Counted from the stretch's first letter, positions 1-9,900 are shown. The stretch is 64,000 bases of DNA from an uncultured virus (IMG/VR IMGVR_UViG_3300028840_003267) (IMGVR_UViG_3300028840_003267); one strand, 5' to 3'. Made by a program: numbers and translations. Notes: generated from the letters alone by a model not told the origin.

Positions 1-1220
1 GCTACCGTTCGGTTGATCAGGTTCCCCGCGACAGACTCATCTACAAGAATCGATCCCTTCTCAATCGCATCAGCCCCGTAGGTCTGCCAATCGAAGAGAG
101 CGGTTCGGTTCGGAGACAGACCAGCAAAGGAGGCACATTCGATGCGCACATCTTTGTTCGTCGATCCCGTGAAGTCCGTATTGGGGTTCAGTGTCACTGT
201 ACCAGTTCCACCATTTCCAGCCGCTGCTGTGAGGGCAGAAACCGAAGAGAACTGGTTGGTGTTGTCGTAGGTTGGGTCCAATTCGATGACGGACGGTCCA
301 AGCGCGTTGAACTCAAAAACGTCACCAACAGCCCAGACACCAGGGTCAGCCGGGTCGAGGTCGACTAGCACACCAAGAGAGGTGAGCCCCATCTGAGAGT
401 CGAGGTCGTAAGCACCCGCGATAGCGACCGGGAAGGTCAGCCCGCTGATGTTCGGACCTACCGGATAGTCCGGAGTCAGGTTGTTGCCGCCACCCTCGTT
501 GGTGATGTCCACCAAGAAGGTCAGCGGTGCGAGCCCAACCGCCTCAAAGCGATAGTGCCTGTTGTGCTGCCCTGTGTAGGTGGCACCAACATTGACCGTC
601 GGAGTCGGAGCACCACCACCCGTAGCCGTCTGCTGAACAGGAGTGAACAGCGTAGTCGTCGCGTTCGCCACCGTCGGGTCCGGAACTGGATCCGTATTGG
701 AGGTGATAACGCGGTAGTCCACCTGCTCGGAGTAGAAATCCTGGTCCTGGTAGTCGCCTACTCTAACCATTTGACGCATCTCGTCAAACGGGACATCATC
801 GACAACATCTCGGTCGATGGTCTGGTAGTCGAGAGTGTAGGTCGAGGTGGAGTTGAAGGCTTCCGGCAACAGCAGAATTTGGTCGTATCCTGTGATACCG
901 GGAGCGGACTTCTGGAACTGCCACTTCGAGGCTGGAATGACAGCCCCCGACTGTGTAGTCATCGTTGCCAACGTCTGGTCGCCATCCGATGGGTGCGCAA
1001 GAGTTACCAAGTGCGGCACCGTCTGCGGGAAGGGGATGACCTCTCCCTGCAAAAACGCACGGCGGATCGGAACGTTCGCTGCGGTCGCAAGTCGACTACC
1101 CTTCCCAACGTAACAGGGTTGTCTTGGGTCGCCCGACAGCGTTCCGGCGTTGGGTGTGTAGATTCTTCCTAGGTACGAACCTGGGAGCACATATTGTGAT
1201 GTGACTAAGACGTCAGCCAT
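1..1220 (-). CDS. probable tail sheath protein (partial, runs off left edge)
   Basis: Not in the ORF track. My translation from ATG 1220 is open to the edge: MADVLVTSQYVLPGSYLGRIYTP...; YVxPGxY N-terminus and a T/G/V/P-rich beta-type body are typical of sheath proteins; GGAG SD upstream. Confidence 0.6.
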   Translation of the reverse strand, partial: MADVLVTSQYVLPGSYLGRIYTPNAGTLSGDPRQPCYVGKGSRLATAANVPIRRAFLQGEVIPFPQTVPHLVTLAHPSDGDQTLATMTTQSGAVIPASKWQFQKSAPGITGYDQILLLPEAFNSTSTYTLDYQTIDRDVVDDVPFDEMRQMVRVGDYQDQDFYSEQVDYRVITSNTDPVPDPTVANATTTLFTPVQQTATGGGAPTPTVNVGATYTGQHNRHYRFEAVGLAPLTFLVDITNEGGGNNLTPDYPVGPNISGLTFPVAIAGAYDLDSQMGLTSLGVLVDLDPADPGVWAVGDVFEFNALGPSVIELDPTYDNTNQFSSVSALTAAAGNGGTGTVTLNPNTDFTGSTNKDVRIECASFAGLSPNRTALFDWQTYGADAIEKGSILVDESVAGNLINRTV

Positions 1221-1324
1221 GGTTCTGAACGCTCCGTTCTTATTTGGTCAATTTCATCGATATCGTCTAAAGATAACCTCGCTCTAGAGAGGTCGTCTTT
1301 ATAAGACGCATCCGTGCGACCAGA

Positions 1325-1417
1325 TCATATGAGAGATACAGAGACTTCCTGAGTTGCAAAAATTCTAGCTTCGAGCCCTGTGGAGTTGCCATCAGCAACC
1401 ACTATGTTAAAAGTACC
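1325..1417 (-). pseudogene. orphaned (apparently native) 3' end of the 2658-3674 gene, 30 codons plus stop
   Basis: Translates GTFNIVVADGNSTGLEARIFATQEVSVSLI*, 25/30 identical to the C-terminus encoded at 2658-2750; no start codon of its own. Confidence 0.9.
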
Positions 1418-1560
1418 GTTCTCTTTCAACAAGTTCACGCTTCATCGACCTGCCTTGCTTCTCTAGTCCAGCTAGAGAAGTAGAGGACGTGGTCTCCACG
1501 TGCGTAACTTCCGGGAGAACTTCCCGTAGATTGATAGCTGCGTTCCGGTCTCTATCATGC
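1396..1560 (-). ncRNA. predicted TnpB omega/reRNA (scaffold overlapping tnpB 3' end, guide about 1415-1396)
   Basis: Minus strand reads ...GGAAGTTACGCACGTGGAGAC...GTCGATGAAGCGTGAACTTGTTGAAAGAGAACGG then flank; TnpB RNAs are known to overlap the gene end and take the guide from the flank. Boundaries approximate. Confidence 0.6.
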
Positions 1561-2600
1561 TCTGTCTTACAGACAGGACACACCCACGATTCCATTCCAA
1601 GCTTTAGTTCTGAGTACTTATAGCCACAACACGAACAGAGTTTGCTGGAAGGGAACCAACGATCTGCTAAGAGGACTTTTGTCCCATACCACTTCGCTTT
1701 GTACTCAAGTTGACGACGGAATTCGTACAATCCCACATCCGAGACAGCTCTGGAGAGATAACGATTCTTCAGCATCCCCACTACATTTAGGTCTTCGATA
1801 ACAATTGTAGAGTAATCTCTAACCAAGGATGTCGTCGCCTTATGCAGAGCATCTTTTCTGATATCAGCGATTCTCACATGAAGCTCCGCGATCCGATGTT
1901 GGAGTCGCGTCCGTCTGTTCGACCCCTTCTTCTTGTTGCGAAGTTGTCGCTGTAGTCTCTTAAGCTTCCTCAAGTTAGCTTTCAGCGGCTTCGGATTCTC
2001 ATAGAAGACACCATCGCTTGTAACAGCCATCCAACGAAGACCAAGGTCTACTCCTCCAACTGCTTGGTTTTCGCGCTGGAAGGAGCAAAGCGGGCTATCA
2101 ACCAAAAAACTGATGTACCACCGCTGGGCTCTTCGTGAGATCGTAGCGGACTTTATTTGGCCTTCAAAACGAAGCGCTTCTCGCATTCGTACCCAGCCGA
2201 GTTTTGGTATGCCGACTGATTTTCCATTAACCTGGACCGCATCGGCTCCTTTAGTTTGAGGACCATTATCCGCACGGAATGCGTCATGCCTCCCAAGTTT
2301 CTTATATTTCGGGTATTTAGCACGCTTATTGAAAAAGTTGTTGAAAGCCTTTCCCAGATTTTTAATCGATTGTTGTGGTACCGTTTTTGAAACGTCTTTC
2401 ATCCAAGGGAATTCAATATACTTGATCTTGTTTAAGTTTTTTCGGATCATAGCTTCACTTGGCTTTTCTCCCAATCGGTAAAGAGATACCCATTGGTCTA
2501 AAGCCCAATTATAAGCGAAGCGCGCTGTACCTGCTGCTTTCCTGAAGTACGTCTCCTGATCTGGGGTAGGAGATAACGCTATTTTATGTGCCACAAACAT
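1407..2600 (-). CDS. tnpB: RNA-guided endonuclease TnpB (IS200/IS605/IS607 OrfB), catalytically intact
   Basis: N-terminal HTH (AHKIALSPTPDQETYFRKAAGTARFAYNWAL), RuvC-I GVDLG, RuvC-II IVIEDL, zinc finger CSCCG...CPVC, RuvC-III HDRDRNAAINL. Confidence 0.95.
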   Translation of the reverse strand: MFVAHKIALSPTPDQETYFRKAAGTARFAYNWALDQWVSLYRLGEKPSEAMIRKNLNKIKYIEFPWMKDVSKTVPQQSIKNLGKAFNNFFNKRAKYPKYKKLGRHDAFRADNGPQTKGADAVQVNGKSVGIPKLGWVRMREALRFEGQIKSATISRRAQRWYISFLVDSPLCSFQRENQAVGGVDLGLRWMAVTSDGVFYENPKPLKANLRKLKRLQRQLRNKKKGSNRRTRLQHRIAELHVRIADIRKDALHKATTSLVRDYSTIVIEDLNVVGMLKNRYLSRAVSDVGLYEFRRQLEYKAKWYGTKVLLADRWFPSSKLCSCCGYKYSELKLGMESWVCPVCKTEHDRDRNAAINLREVLPEVTHVETTSSTSLAGLEKQGRSMKRELVERERYF

Positions 2601-2750
2601 TAAATTTCTATGTGATTGCTGCTCTATGCGCCTACTAGCTATCTAACCCTCTCTGAGCTATATAAGTGCCACAGACACCTCTTGCTTTGCAAAGATGTCG
2701 GCCTCAAGACCAACACTATTACCATTAGCCACGACTATATTAAATGTACC
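1416..2750 (-). mobile_element. TnpA-less IS607-like TnpB cassette carrying a recoded replacement gene end
   Basis: Both junctions fall at the GG of the same Gly codon (2750-2749 and 1417-1416); right end GAGAACGG; more AT-rich than flanking genes; no transposase gene. True left boundary may lie a few codons further upstream. Confidence 0.75.
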
Positions 2751-3674
2751 AACTTTCCTAGGGATGATGGTGTAGCCCCGTATCAGTGCCACACGGGGAT
2801 TGTCGCTGTAGATGACGGCGCTGTAGCGTTCGTTAACTACACGGAATGGTTGGGCTCTCCCCAACTTAACCGGAGAGGAAACAACGATTGTGGTGTCAGG
2901 GAAGTCATCGCTGTCTACAGGGGTATTCGGACCATAATCGGGCTCCGTCGGAACAGCAGCCTCCATATCGAGAGGTGTTGACCCCTCGAAGTGGACGTCA
3001 TCCAAGGACAGCGTAGCCGACCACAGCGACGAGACAGGGTCATCTCCGATGTTGATTCGCTCTCTGGAGCTGATGGTTTGATTCATCGGAAGCCGAACTT
3101 CCCAGGTTGACCCACCTGTAGGTGTCGTCGGCTTCAAGATTGTCTCTTTGGTGAACTCCTTCAAAGGCCCAAAGATATTGATAAGTTGGGAAGTTATCTG
3201 CCCTGTCGTATGTTCATCCAACGCCCCTACAAGAATATCGATGCTCCCCATGAGGAAGTTGCTGAGCCACAACGGAGAGTGCTGGAGCCCATCGGTCCCC
3301 GGCACGGAGATACCACCCGAGATGTCACTCAGAGAGTTCTGACGAGTCCAGCCAGTCTCCGCAATGACGATGCAAGGAAGACGCTGCTTGAGACCTTGCC
3401 ACATCCGAGCGATCTGAATTTTGTACTTTGTTGGGTCTTCGTATTCTCCAGGCCGAGGGACACGAACGTCTGTAACGAATTGTCCTACAGTTGGGCACAC
3501 AGACTCTACAAGTCTTCGATACTTCCCATCTGAATCGAAAAACTGATTAAGGTAGTGCTGGATGGCGGACTTGACGAGGACGAGGGACTCCTCATAGGCG
3601 TTGTTCTGAACAGCTTCAGCGGTGGATCGGGGAATATCCTTGTAGATGTAGTCCGGTGGTTTGGTAGCAACCAT
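2658..3674 (-). CDS. putative virion structural protein (tail completion/neck-like) with possible C-terminal Ig-like domain
   Basis: Directly upstream of the sheath-like gene; RLPCIVIAETG motif; C-terminal YSDNPRVALIRGYTIIPRKVGTFNIVV resembles a Big_2 Ig-like domain. Confidence 0.5.
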   Translation of the reverse strand: MVATKPPDYIYKDIPRSTAEAVQNNAYEESLVLVKSAIQHYLNQFFDSDGKYRRLVESVCPTVGQFVTDVRVPRPGEYEDPTKYKIQIARMWQGLKQRLPCIVIAETGWTRQNSLSDISGGISVPGTDGLQHSPLWLSNFLMGSIDILVGALDEHTTGQITSQLINIFGPLKEFTKETILKPTTPTGGSTWEVRLPMNQTISSRERINIGDDPVSSLWSATLSLDDVHFEGSTPLDMEAAVPTEPDYGPNTPVDSDDFPDTTIVVSSPVKLGRAQPFRVVNERYSAVIYSDNPRVALIRGYTIIPRKVGTFNIVVANGNSVGLEADIFAKQEVSVALI

Positions 3675-3730
3675 GAAGCCTCGTTGTGTCCAGAGGCGTA
3701 AAATGCCCCTAAATCACAATAACCGAGGAC

Positions 3731-4078
3731 TTACCCTTCGTTCGAGTCTGCGAGGATATCCTTCTTGGAGTCACGCATCAGGGTAGCTGCCTCCCTGAGA
3801 GTGCGCGCTGTGTCATCCTGATTCTTCGTGAAAGAATATGCTGCTCTCTCCAGTAGCCACTGAGAAGCCGCATCCACTCCAAAATAGGAACCCTGCTTTC
3901 GATTGAGAGCTTCCCGTTTATCCAGAGGATTGTCGACATCCTCCATGTCTGGAGCATCTGGCATGGATAGACAGTTCATGGATAGACAGTTGTAGTAGCC
4001 GACGGTGCAGTACATGTTGCTACAGTACGGACGGTCCTTGGTGATCTCCAGGTCACATAGAGGACAACAGTAGGTCAT
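3731..4078 (-). CDS. hypothetical Cys-rich protein
   Basis: ATG overlaps upstream stop (ATGA); CPLC...CSNMYC; contains a 15-bp tandem duplication at 3962-3991. Confidence 0.6.
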   Translation of the reverse strand: MTYCCPLCDLEITKDRPYCSNMYCTVGYYNCLSMNCLSMPDAPDMEDVDNPLDKREALNRKQGSYFGVDAASQWLLERAAYSFTKNQDDTARTLREAATLMRDSKKDILADSNEG

Positions 4079-5256
4079 TCTTGTAGTCCTTTCGTCGATC
4101 CCTGTTTTTGAGAGATAGGCGATTGTACAAATACCGTTCCCTGACCTCGTTTTCCAGAGCGTCCGGGTTTGAATCTGGCACCGTAGGGTCCAGAGAGATA
4201 CCTGTCCAAAGTGTTTTGAGCAACGTTCACTGCTGCTTTGCTCCTATGACCACATGTGGTACACAGGAACGTTTCACCGGACAGATTACTCCTCTCGGTA
4301 CTTCCACATGCTGAACAACACGTCTTGGTATATACAGGAGCGGTAGAGCGAAAGCGAGAACGTCTCATCTCACACTCTCTATGAAACCTCTCCAACCAGT
4401 AGGTGTATGCCCAGATACCGAGAGATCGTTGCTTGTTTTCTGGCGAGCAACGTCCGCCTATCGCATCCTTCTTGGGTTTGGCACGCTCAAGCACAAAGAG
4501 CTTGACATGCTTACGCCCAATTTCTTTGACTACTTCATTCAGACGCTGTTTGAGCGCTCGCTGCGCCTTCCTGTGGCCCTTTGACCCAGGCACGCATCTT
4601 TGTACACGATCGACATAGCGTCCGATGTCCGTACCGTACTTCGTGCCATCGGAGATAGTGGCAAGAGTCTCCCCATTTGTGTAGACTCCGACCTGCTTGC
4701 CCTTGGTCCTCTTCTCCCCGGTCTCAAGTTCAAAGATGAATTGTACTGAGTCCCGATAGACATGGATAGTATTGACGCGCCTTCCTTTGGCGCTCAATTG
4801 ATTGAAATGCTTGTGGAATTTTATAGGAAAAGCGATGCATATCCCCTCTCCTGTATCCGAATACTTCCCAACTCCACGCAATCTAAACCAGGCGTCAAAA
4901 GAATCTGTCTTTTTGGAGTCCGTCAGATAGGCGGTGTCAAAATGGAGAGTCATTGACCGCCCTTTATAGTTCGGCTTCTTTTGTGGCGTCCCTGGTCTAT
5001 TCGTTATAGACCGGATGTTTCGCAGAGCCTCACGAGCCGCGTCCCTTTTGAATTTATATCCCAGCCACGTCGGAGGGATTGATTCGATGACAGGCTTCAA
5101 GAGGTCATTATTATGAAGGTATCGCGACTTTTCCCAGAACAAGTCGATGTACAACCGCACCACCCTGCCGTACTCGTCTATAATCTCAGACAAGATGTCC
5201 AGCTTGTGTGGATTGGTGTACTTCAAGGTACAGCGTGTCGAGCGATAAACCTTCAT
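4075..5256 (-). CDS. TnpB/Cas12f-like protein with inactivated RuvC
   Basis: TnpB layout with zinc finger CSACG...CTTCG; RuvC-I reads GVYTN (D to Y), RuvC-III reads KAAVNVAQN (D to A), RuvC-II Glu kept (FVLER). Confidence 0.8.
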   Translation of the reverse strand: MKVYRSTRCTLKYTNPHKLDILSEIIDEYGRVVRLYIDLFWEKSRYLHNNDLLKPVIESIPPTWLGYKFKRDAAREALRNIRSITNRPGTPQKKPNYKGRSMTLHFDTAYLTDSKKTDSFDAWFRLRGVGKYSDTGEGICIAFPIKFHKHFNQLSAKGRRVNTIHVYRDSVQFIFELETGEKRTKGKQVGVYTNGETLATISDGTKYGTDIGRYVDRVQRCVPGSKGHRKAQRALKQRLNEVVKEIGRKHVKLFVLERAKPKKDAIGGRCSPENKQRSLGIWAYTYWLERFHRECEMRRSRFRSTAPVYTKTCCSACGSTERSNLSGETFLCTTCGHRSKAAVNVAQNTLDRYLSGPYGARFKPGRSGKRGQGTVFVQSPISQKQGSTKGLQE

Positions 5257-5302
5257 GACAATATACTTTGACTACCTTTCTTTGAGAATTGCTCTCAAAA
5301 CT

Positions 5303-5794
5303 TCAGCGTTTTTTGTTCCACGTGTTCGTGAGCCTCGACTCAAGCCACTTGAGTTCTCTCTTTTCGATGCGCGGGAGTCTCGCGCTCCGGAGTCCTTGCT
5401 TGGAAGCTCCGACGCGACGTCCCGTCTTTCGACTGTAGCGCTCCTCTCGCTGTCCGCACGAAATGAGGATCTGCGTTTCCGTTGTCCGGACGACCTGGTG
5501 TGTGGTTTTGTACCAATCGCCTTTCCACCGCTTGACCTCAACTGTGGGAACCGTTCTCAAGCTGTCGATATGCACATGAGAAGAGATGAGGCTGTCGACC
5601 ATGGACTTTGGCCAAGGAACGTCGGTTTCCCGATGGCTCGACGCCTGCTTGTAGGTGTATAGGCCAGCCCTTTCGATATTGAGGGTGTAGCCATTGCCGT
5701 CTGGACCCCACCACAGAACGCAGTCTCCTACCACACTGCGTGTGTCCTGAATGTAGTACAGCTCTTCCTCTTTGTTTGCCATCTGTCTTCTCAC
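5303..5794 (-). CDS. hypothetical phage protein
   Basis: ORF just downstream of AGTCAAAG motif; start GTG 5794 or ATG 5782. Confidence 0.65.
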   Translation of the reverse strand: MRRQMANKEEELYYIQDTRSVVGDCVLWWGPDGNGYTLNIERAGLYTYKQASSHRETDVPWPKSMVDSLISSHVHIDSLRTVPTVEVKRWKGDWYKTTHQVVRTTETQILISCGQREERYSRKTGRRVGASKQGLRSARLPRIEKRELKWLESRLTNTWNKKR

Positions 5795-5852
5795 TTACTG
5801 TACTTTGACTGGATTTCGATAACAGTGGAACCGCATAGTAACGTAGGAGGTG

Positions 5853-5993
5853 TTAGTGTGCGGAAACGGAGGTTCTACTTGAGGCTTTCTTGTCTAGCTT
5901 TTCAATGACCTTACGGACGAGTCGGAGACGATAGCGCGCAGACACCTTAGCCATCTCAACGGCACGATAGGACTTCTCGTTGGAAGAGGTCAT
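5853..5993 (-). CDS. small basic hypothetical protein (46 aa)
   Basis: Not in track; MTSSNEKSYRAVEMAKVSARYRLRLVRK...; ATGA overlap with upstream stop. Confidence 0.45.
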   Translation of the reverse strand: MTSSNEKSYRAVEMAKVSARYRLRLVRKVIEKLDKKASSRTSVSAH

Positions 5994-6322
5994 TTCTTCG
6001 CCCAACCGTCAGGCAGCTTGCCCTTCTGAGCCTTGTCGCTGTTGATCTGAGAGAGGATCTCCAACTCCAGCATAGCACTGACGATATCGTCTTCAAGATT
6101 GGACCCAAGCCCCCTCGGAAGAAGCAGGCGCATCCTTGTGTCACGACTGTTATCGTTTATGTTGATAAAGCCAACACCTGCATGGTAGTAGATTTGGATG
6201 GTATGTGGCTCATCTCGGATATCCACCCGATACATCCCCACACCATCTCGGCGAACCGCCACGCCTCCAGACAGGAACAGCACGACATCACCGTCAACGA
6301 AGTCAATCTTCCGTTCGCTCAT
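5990..6322 (-). CDS. hypothetical protein
   Basis: Start moved to MSERKIDF, preceded by AGGAGG. Confidence 0.6.
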   Translation of the reverse strand: MSERKIDFVDGDVVLFLSGGVAVRRDGVGMYRVDIRDEPHTIQIYYHAGVGFININDNSRDTRMRLLLPRGLGSNLEDDIVSAMLELEILSQINSDKAQKGKLPDGWAKK

Positions 6323-6635
6323 CGCCTTCCTCCTCCTGATCCTTTGACTCGTTTTCTGAGCCTTCATCGGAGGAAGTGTCCTCTGCAACCTCTGGATTGA
6401 CGGTCGCCTTGACTTCGATGTTGTTGCCATCGACTTCGATGCTCTCGGCAGGGAGGGCTCCAGCTTCAATCTGCGCCGCGACCTGCCGACCCTTCTCTGT
6501 CTTCATGAATCTACTGAAGATCCTCTTTCGCTTCGCCGTCTGCGCGTGAGCATGCCTCTTCTCCATCCCAACGACCATGGCTTTTGCCATCGCACCACCG
6601 TGACTTTTCTTGTTGCCGTACTTTATTTTCCCCAT
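6303..6635 (-). CDS. hypothetical protein, basic N-terminus and acidic C-terminus
   Basis: TGATG coupling to upstream gene, GAGG SD. Confidence 0.65.
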   Translation of the reverse strand: MGKIKYGNKKSHGGAMAKAMVVGMEKRHAHAQTAKRKRIFSRFMKTEKGRQVAAQIEAGALPAESIEVDGNNIEVKATVNPEVAEDTSSDEGSENESKDQEEEGDERTED

Positions 6636-6916
6636 CAGCTTCTCCTCTTAGCTTCAAAAAACCGTTGTTGTTCCACAATCTTAGCCACACCATCGATGGA
6701 GACGCCTGCAACCGTGCACGCCTCCACCAACCTGTCGACTCGATCATTGTTCTCTTCTGACCTCTCGAACACTTCCCCATCGATGTGGCGATACAAGAAA
6801 GCGAGGTCAGCCATCATCGATACGGGGTGAGTGCTATTGCTCTCCACCTCTTGGATGAAGTAGTCGATGCGCTCACCCCATTCGTAAGACGTCAGAATCA
6901 TTCGGTTCCCTTTCAT
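6635..6916 (-). CDS. hypothetical protein
   Basis: GAGGTG SD, tightly packed after nrdJ. Confidence 0.65.
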   Translation of the reverse strand: MKGNRMILTSYEWGERIDYFIQEVESNSTHPVSMMADLAFLYRHIDGEVFERSEENNDRVDRLVEACTVAGVSIDGVAKIVEQQRFFEAKRRS

Positions 6917-6922
6917 AGCACC

Positions 6923-9900
6923 TCAGCATTTGCTATAGCCGCAGAAGGCGCAGCTCGTGCACCCTTCCTCCGACCGCAATCCGAGATTACCACACTCGGG
7001 ACACATATCCAAGCCATGAGTTGAAGCTGGTTTCTCTTCTTCATCTTCTGAGCATGACAAGTCATCGTCCCTACCTACTATTGACTGCAAATGTCGACTT
7101 ATCGACTTAGCAATCGCATCAGGGATCGAACGAATCTTATTTGGACCGAAGCCAACCTGGTCTCGACCACCGATCCCCTCAAGCTGCTCGACAAGAAGCT
7201 CACAGCGTCTTGTGGGCCGGATTGGACCTCTCATCTGGAGGAAGAGGGAGATGACACGTCCGAAAGCTTCGGTCATAGCTCCAACATCAGAGCCTGCCTT
7301 CCCAATTCTCAGGAATGTCTCGAAGGGGTTGTCTGGCGTCGGATACTGATTGAACGTAGCGTGCAGGGTACCAGAGGGAGAGTCGATGGACCACGTGGAA
7401 CCATCTTTCTTGTCCCCCTTCGGCGGTCCAGGAGTCTTCTCCGGGAAGCTCATCTCGAACGTCTTCTTCTCCTTGGGGTCGAGACTCTCAAGAACCTGAA
7501 CGGTACGAGACCCTTCACGGAAGACCGTGCCTCCCTTACATCGACGTTTCCAGATCTCCATGTAGATCTTTCCGATGTCCTCTGGTGTATACTCCTGTGG
7601 TAGGTTGTAGGTCTTACTGATACCTGAGTCAATCCACCGCTGGAGCGCAGCAGTCATGACGAGGTGCTCTTTTGGAGTCAGCTCCCCAGCGCTCACGAAG
7701 TAATCCGGAACAGCAGCGCTCTCACCGTGTTGCCTATACCATTCATCCAGAACACGCTCTCGTTTGATATGGGTTCCGAGATTGGTGTTCTGGCGGTACT
7801 CGAAACGAAAGAAGGGCTCGATTCCGGTAGACGTTGCCACCATGGTCCCGATGGTCCCGGTAGGCGCTGAGGTCGTGAAGCTCACGTTCCTGGCTCCATG
7901 CTCACGAATCCGTGACTGCAAGTCCTGGTTGTCCTCTGGAGGCAGATACCGGAGAATACGTTGCACATACAGACTCTCCAAGAACTTCTCCCGGTCCTCT
8001 GGAGTAGCCAACACATCACAGCAGCCCTTCTCTTCTGCGAGGTCCACGCTGGCTCTGAGGGACTCTGAAGCCGCGACCAAGCCAGCCTCCTCCACGAAGT
8101 CTACCGCCTCCTCAGACCCATAGCGAATACCAAGAATGACCAGAGCTTCGGCAAGCCCCATGAAGGGACTCAAGCCAACTCGACGCTCACGCTTCGCATT
8201 GTATTCTTGCTCATCGAAGAAGTAGGGAGTGGTGTCGATAACGTTGTCCAGGAAGCGCATGGAGACATGGATCGCATTCTTGTAGGCTTCCTTGTCAAGG
8301 ATGACTTTGTTCGGGTCGTCTGGATCCTCCATGAGGAAGCGAGGGAGATTGATTGCTCCAAGGTTACAGACACCGTACCAGCTCGGGAGAGGCTGCTCTC
8401 CGCAAGGGTTCGTCGCCAGCATGTTGCAGTACCACCATGAGGTACTCTCACTGTTGACCGTATCGATGTAGATGACTCCCGGCTCAGCCGAGTCCCACGC
8501 GGAGTACATGAGCTTGTTCCACAGGTCGCGCGCCTTGACTACCTTGTGGACTTTGATTGGATGACCTTCCTCTTGCCACTTCTTGAGGTCCCCATCCCAC
8601 TTCTCTGTGTACTCCGGAACTGTCGTATCAGGAAAGACGAGCTGCCAGTCCCGATCGTGAATAACAGCTTCCATGAAATCGTCTGTGATTCCAACCGAGA
8701 GATTGGCGTGCTGGATGTGAGCTGGCCATTGCCCCGCGAGATCTCTGGCTTCTTGAGCGAACTCCGTGAGACCAAAGCCGTATTCGAGCTTGTCAGCCAG
8801 GAGAGCGAGCTGCTTAGCTTTGGGCTCCCTCTTGCACTCAATGAACTCGTACACATCCGGGTGCCAGACGTGTAGAACGAGCATTGCGGCACCGCGACGG
8901 GAGTTGTGTATGAAGACACCCTCTTTACAACCCTTCGAGAATACAAAGAAATTGTGAGTATCAGGGACTTCGAGATCGTAAACGTCTTCTTCCCCACAGT
9001 CTTCTACGGATTGGACATGGTGGATAGAAGCACTCTCGACATTCAGTGCCGTCCCTACCTCCAATTCTTGTAGAGGACGATACTTTTTGTCAGCACACAG
9101 GATGAGATGGTCAGGAGTAGCTTCAAGAATAAGACCCTGGGTTGTCGTAAGTCGTAGGATTCTTTGACTATCCCCGGTCTTACCCACCCACTTCGCTGTT
9201 TTGAGCACAGTCCTTTCTGTGGAGCAGTCATAAGAATAGACGTCTGGTGTCGTTCCTACAAGATTCTTGATTGGAAAATCACCCTTAGACGTAGCTACAA
9301 GAGTCTCTCCAGTGACGCAGCCTCCTTGCTCAATGAGCCCCGTGAGATGCGAGTACAGAGACCCCCAGCTCACAGCCCCGGAAGAGCGTCCGTTGACACC
9401 CTTCACGTAGGCGAAGCGAGGACGCAGAGAGGAGAGGTAGGTCCCGACGCCAGCCCCACGGGAGAACAGCTCCGCGAGAATCTTTGCTGTGTCGATGATC
9501 CCTTCTCGGCTATCCTTGGGAGCTGGGATGACGTTGCAGTTGAAGAAGGTGAGCGGCGTCTCTTGCTGGATACCTGCTCCGGTGAGAATGCGACCAGCTG
9601 GAACGAACTTCCAGTTGCCCATCAGCTTCTTGAAGATGTTCTCCCAGCGACGAGGCTTCTCCTCAACCTTCGATAGGGCGCGAGCGACACGCTGGACCAC
9701 ATCTTGAGGATCCGTCTCCAGAGGCTTGTCTACCTCCTCCACATCGACGGTGTACTCTTCCCCATCTTCCGCGCGAATATTGACGGTCCGGTCATCGTTG
9801 TTGACTCCGATGACGCTGCCAATCTCCCTCTGTCCAGACTCCTTGTCTGTGCAAAGGATGACGAGGTCTCCAAGCTCTACGGGTGCCGTCTTCGGTGCCT

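Noticed and set aside
2601..2657. Group I intron (IStron) or TnpA associated with tnpB
   Set aside because: Only 57 nt separate the upstream stop and the tnpB start; no room for a ribozyme or transposase.
3962..3991. 15-bp tandem duplication (NCLSM twice)
   Set aside because: Simple in-frame slippage duplication with no sign of a larger repeat system.
4077..4086. CTACAAGAAT at the end of the dead TnpB gene as its guide
   Set aside because: It lies about 47 nt beyond the predicted right end GAACGG, and the motif is so frequent that one copy here is unremarkable; RIP-seq would settle it.
4079..4135. Open frame from the dead-TnpB right end into ORF 3731-4078, suggesting a second interrupted gene
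   Set aside because: Nineteen stop-free codons are likely by chance, the ATGA overlap explains the start, and I found no recoded duplicate upstream.
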